Shown piece after piece: positions 9,452 through 12,269 of a stretch of 12,269 bases of DNA (position 1 is the stretch's first letter; every line of letters begins with the position of its first letter). Made by a program: the position numbers and the translations under genes. Source of the DNA: Oopsacas minuta (lineage: Eukaryota > Animalia > Porifera); the NCBI GenBank assembly GCA_024704765.1, contig JAKMXF010000153.1:1-12269 (forward strand). Reading direction: 5' to 3'. The notes beneath the pieces were generated by a model, which saw only the letters and a program-made list of their open reading frames with translations, did no database searches and was not told the origin of the DNA.

Positions 9452-9460
9452 AAACAATTA
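9452..9460 (+). repeat. Right 9-bp TSD of the outer element
   Basis: AAACAATTA versus AAACAAGTA at 3676-3684. Confidence 0.7.
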
Positions 9461-9597
9461 TTCATTCAATATCCACATTTAACAATGTATGTTAGAGATG
9501 GTTAGATAGCAGTTATAAACATTAAATAGCAGTAAGTTCTCAGGATATACCTCCACAACTCAAAAATATCATCTCATCAAAAACGATTCCATAACTT

Positions 9598-9645
9598 CAG
9601 GAAGGCCAACTCTCATTGGTACCTGTGAGTCTCACGGTTTTTCAC
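9598..9645 (+). mobile_element. Possible degenerate hAT-like terminus
   Basis: CAGGAAGGCCAACTCTCA...GTGAGTCTCACGG resembles CAG..GCCAACTCTCAC-type hAT ends from memory. I found no convincing partner end or TSD. Confidence 0.25.
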
Positions 9646-11362
9646 GTGTCTAGAGGTAAATTCTCAAGCCATTTTTGCATTTTCACTCTACATTTTGATG
9701 TAGAGATGCTAAGTCTCACATTTTCAAAAAAATCTCCCGCCATTGTGAAAGGTATGCTATTTGTCATCTATGTAAATATTATCTAGTATAACTGTTTTCT
9801 AACAATCCATATTACGGACAATAATACTTTAATCTGATGGATATAGTTCTGAATGCGAATTTCGAGAGTTTTAAAAAATTCCTATTATACAAGTTGATAT
9901 TTAATAATGAAAGAGTCCTCGTTTATCTCTGTTTAATTATGGGAGATTTACAAGAAATTGATCTGAGGAAAGTGGCTGCCAACATTTCTATGTTTTTAAT
10001 TAAAGTAATATAGTCAGTTACTCTTCTTCATACGCAATTATCAAAGAGAGGTACTAGCCACTCATCACAAAAATTTATTGAAACAAAACATAAATAATAT
10101 CAATATGGATTACACAGTAACTGGCTAAAGTACTATAGTGACAACGCTAGCAGAGTCTTTCAATGAATTTGTTCAGGATTAACAGTGTTGTGATTGGTGA
10201 TATCCTGGAAATTTAACCCATTAGGCACTTCCAACAAAATATACATTTCTTATTATCATATTTCGATCTCCTTGGCTTACACTCTATTTTCACTAAACTT
10301 TATTATTCTCCATCAATTTCACACTTATAGTTAACGATATTAATTAATTCCTCAATTGATACTTGCTTTACGTGCATCCCAATTTTTGTTTCACAATAAT
10401 ATATAATTTATCGTCCATTTGCAGGTATCATCATTATCATTCTCTTCAGAACTATATGCAGTAAATATTCTACCCAAAAACTATAGCTGGTAAAATATGT
10501 CATCCACAAGTCCAGATCCCTCAGGTCCTGGTTCACCTATGCCAAGTTATGTCCTGTATTCCTCACAACATCCTTTGTTTAGATACATTTATACTATTTA
10601 ACTATTATCTAAATAGCAGCTACAAATGTTGTAGTTTGATGCAAAATCCAACTGATTCGTTCATATATAACTCTTGCATGTATTATTAGAATGACTCTAT
10701 GGAGAAAATTTGTTGAACAAGTAACAAAAACATTAGTTGGTACTTGAAATACTCACAAGATAGTAAAATCAACTTCTTTAACGGAAGCAGCGAGTATATA
10801 TAATTTACAAATAATATAATAAATTATCTATGCCAATTAACCTTATGCACCCTAAGAATCGGTTCATAATGGGCCCCATTTATGGGTTAAATTGATATAC
10901 CCCAATTACTATTTACAGGGATGATTTTAGTACGTCAATCAATTTCGCACCACTCCCCAAAGACACCATCCGCATATTTCCAATTTGTGTACTATAGATC
11001 CGATTGTAGCTGAAAGAGCAAGTCTCTAGGGATAGTTCGAGATTTTAACTATTTGTTTACTATATTTTCATAATAGCAACAAATAGATTTGCCTATGAAA
11101 ACTTAAAAATGCAAAATTTGGATTCCTCGTGCTTGATTACCTCTACATTACTGTTGAGAGCAAGTTTCAAAGTATACCTATATTATTAAAACCAAATTAA
11201 TCAACCCTTCCTGTCCAAAAGCATTGCAACACTATATCAATTAAAGCACAAGTGGCACGCGGCGAGAATACGTTTATAGATTATATGAATTTAGCAGAAA
11301 GTACAATAATAATTTGTTATCATTAATTGTTTATGATGTTTTATGTTCAATATTGTTTATAA

Positions 11363-11387
11363 CAGGGGTGGGAAAACTACGGCCCGC
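11363..11387 (+). mobile_element. hAT (Charlie/MER58-like) terminus; partner end not in window
   Basis: CAGGGGTGGGAAAACTACGGCCCGC is very close to the CAGGGGTCGGCAAACTACGGCCCGC end of MER58/Charlie-type hATs as I recall it. The preceding 8 bp, GTTTATAA (11355-11362), fit the nTnTAnAn target preference of that group. Confidence 0.75.
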
Positions 11388-11633
11388 TTGGTTTAAGTGA
11401 TTTGAGTACTCTAATTTTTTCATCACTTTATAACTCTTCCTTACGCATTAGGAAATTCATTAAAACAATAATATGCTTTCATTAAACAATACTAGTTGAT
11501 TATTATGTATAATTATTGTTTATTCAATCTCAATGATTGTTCGCCTGTTTGTCTGTCTGTGTGTTTATCCTTTGTCAATGAAAGAATTTCCGGTTGTAAT
11601 TCTGAAATTGTAGCATAATTATTTATTTGAATT

Positions 11634-11682
11634 GCGGAAAATTCATCGCATGGAATTCGTCGTCGGACAATTCGTCGCGTGG
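11634..11682. repeat. Probable TIR array of the third MULE (AATTCRTCG units)
   Basis: Units are GGAAAATTCATCGCAT (11636), GGAATTCGTCGTC (11652) and GGACAATTCGTCGCGT (11665). The array is CpG-rich and lies about 75 bp past the transposase stop. Confidence 0.7.
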
Positions 11683-11755
11683 AAAAAGGAAAAAATTAAG
11701 ATAATAAGCAGTAAATGGAAATGATATTTATGATACTTAGTAAATGATGTAAATA

Positions 11756-12269
11756 TTAAAATTCAAAATTATATGCTATCCCTCGAAGATATTCGATGGT
11801 TTCGCAATTATCATATTTGATAACTATGTTATGTATCCTTTCTTCATGTTCCACACTCGATTTTGACCGCTGCTTCAGATTTCCTCCTTCCCACTTTGCA
11901 TAAATTGCCTCTTCAAGTGATTGCTCTTTTTGCAAAAATCTTAAGAGTTTTATGAAATCTGGGTATGGATGACCAATGCTATGACTAAAAGCATTATACC
12001 AACCTTCAAAGCTATTATTTGTTCGAGGGATTCGATCCATCACTCTTTGATGCATGTTCCACACTCTGATAGGAAAGGTGGCGTCCTACGAGAACCATTT
12101 GGTAGCTGTTTTCCAATATAGTTGTCTTCAAATATTTTGCAACTGTCTTCCCAGATTGAGGATATTCATACATCAAGATGTTAAAACAATCAATAACATC
12201 GATCTCAGGCACGAAAGCCAGGCAGGGCAACATCTTCAGCTTCAAAGCTAAATCCCTATCTTGTTGATA
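11756..12269 (-). pseudogene. MULE DDE transposase C-terminal half with two 1-nt frameshifts
   Basis: The rebuilt read is YQQDRDLALKLKMLPCLAFVPEIDV..VAKY/(F)EDNYIGKQLPNGSRRTPPF/(P)IRVWNMHQRVMDRIPRTNNSFEGWY (Glu 12005-12007)..HPYPDFIKLL..EYLRGIAYNFEF*. Shifts fall at about 12130-12132 and 12072-12076. There is no in-frame stop in the visible part. Confidence 0.93.

Larger units (their letters stand above)
11634..12269 (-). mobile_element. Third MULE element, 3' end only, truncated by the window edge
   Basis: A MULE transposase C-terminal half is followed by a short AT-rich tail and a repeat-built terminus. The exact terminal base is uncertain because the other end is outside the window. Confidence 0.85.

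Noticed and set aside
9541-10207. CAGGATAT / ATATCCTG inverted pair
   Set aside because: Only 8 bp of match and no flanking TSD.
11634-11682. Short repeat arrays (also 5721-5761 and 1723-1779) as CRISPR-like arrays
   Set aside because: Units are under 20 bp, there are no unique spacers and no cas genes, and two of the arrays sit at transposon ends.
12054-12251. Plus-strand 65-aa ORF
   Set aside because: Antisense shadow of the third MULE transposase.

Overview
AT-rich eukaryotic DNA made up mostly of DNA-transposon remnants. I see no intact host gene, RNA gene or CRISPR array. The main structure is a nested pair of Mutator-superfamily (MULE) elements that the ORF track does not show. The outer element (3685-9451) has 119-bp TIRs (100/120 aligned columns identical, counted by hand) and a 9-bp TSD matching 8/9. 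It carries a decayed large DDE transposase that I read as NOF/Foldback (Rehavkus)-like. The inner element (5711-7435) is a 1.7-kb FLYWCH-MULE with a perfect 10-bp TSD (CATTCAATTC). Removing it restores the outer transposase reading frame. A third MULE transposase (minus strand, 11756 to the window edge) ends in a different repeat-built terminus near 11634. There is also a probable 136-bp hAT-type MITE (1885-2020), a Charlie/MER58-like hAT terminus at 11363, two short tandem repeats and a few weak relic candidates. I did not find a convincing new biological system. The least explained part is about 1 kb inside the outer element (8341-9300), which may be a decayed accessory domain. All family assignments come from motif recognition by eye and need database confirmation.
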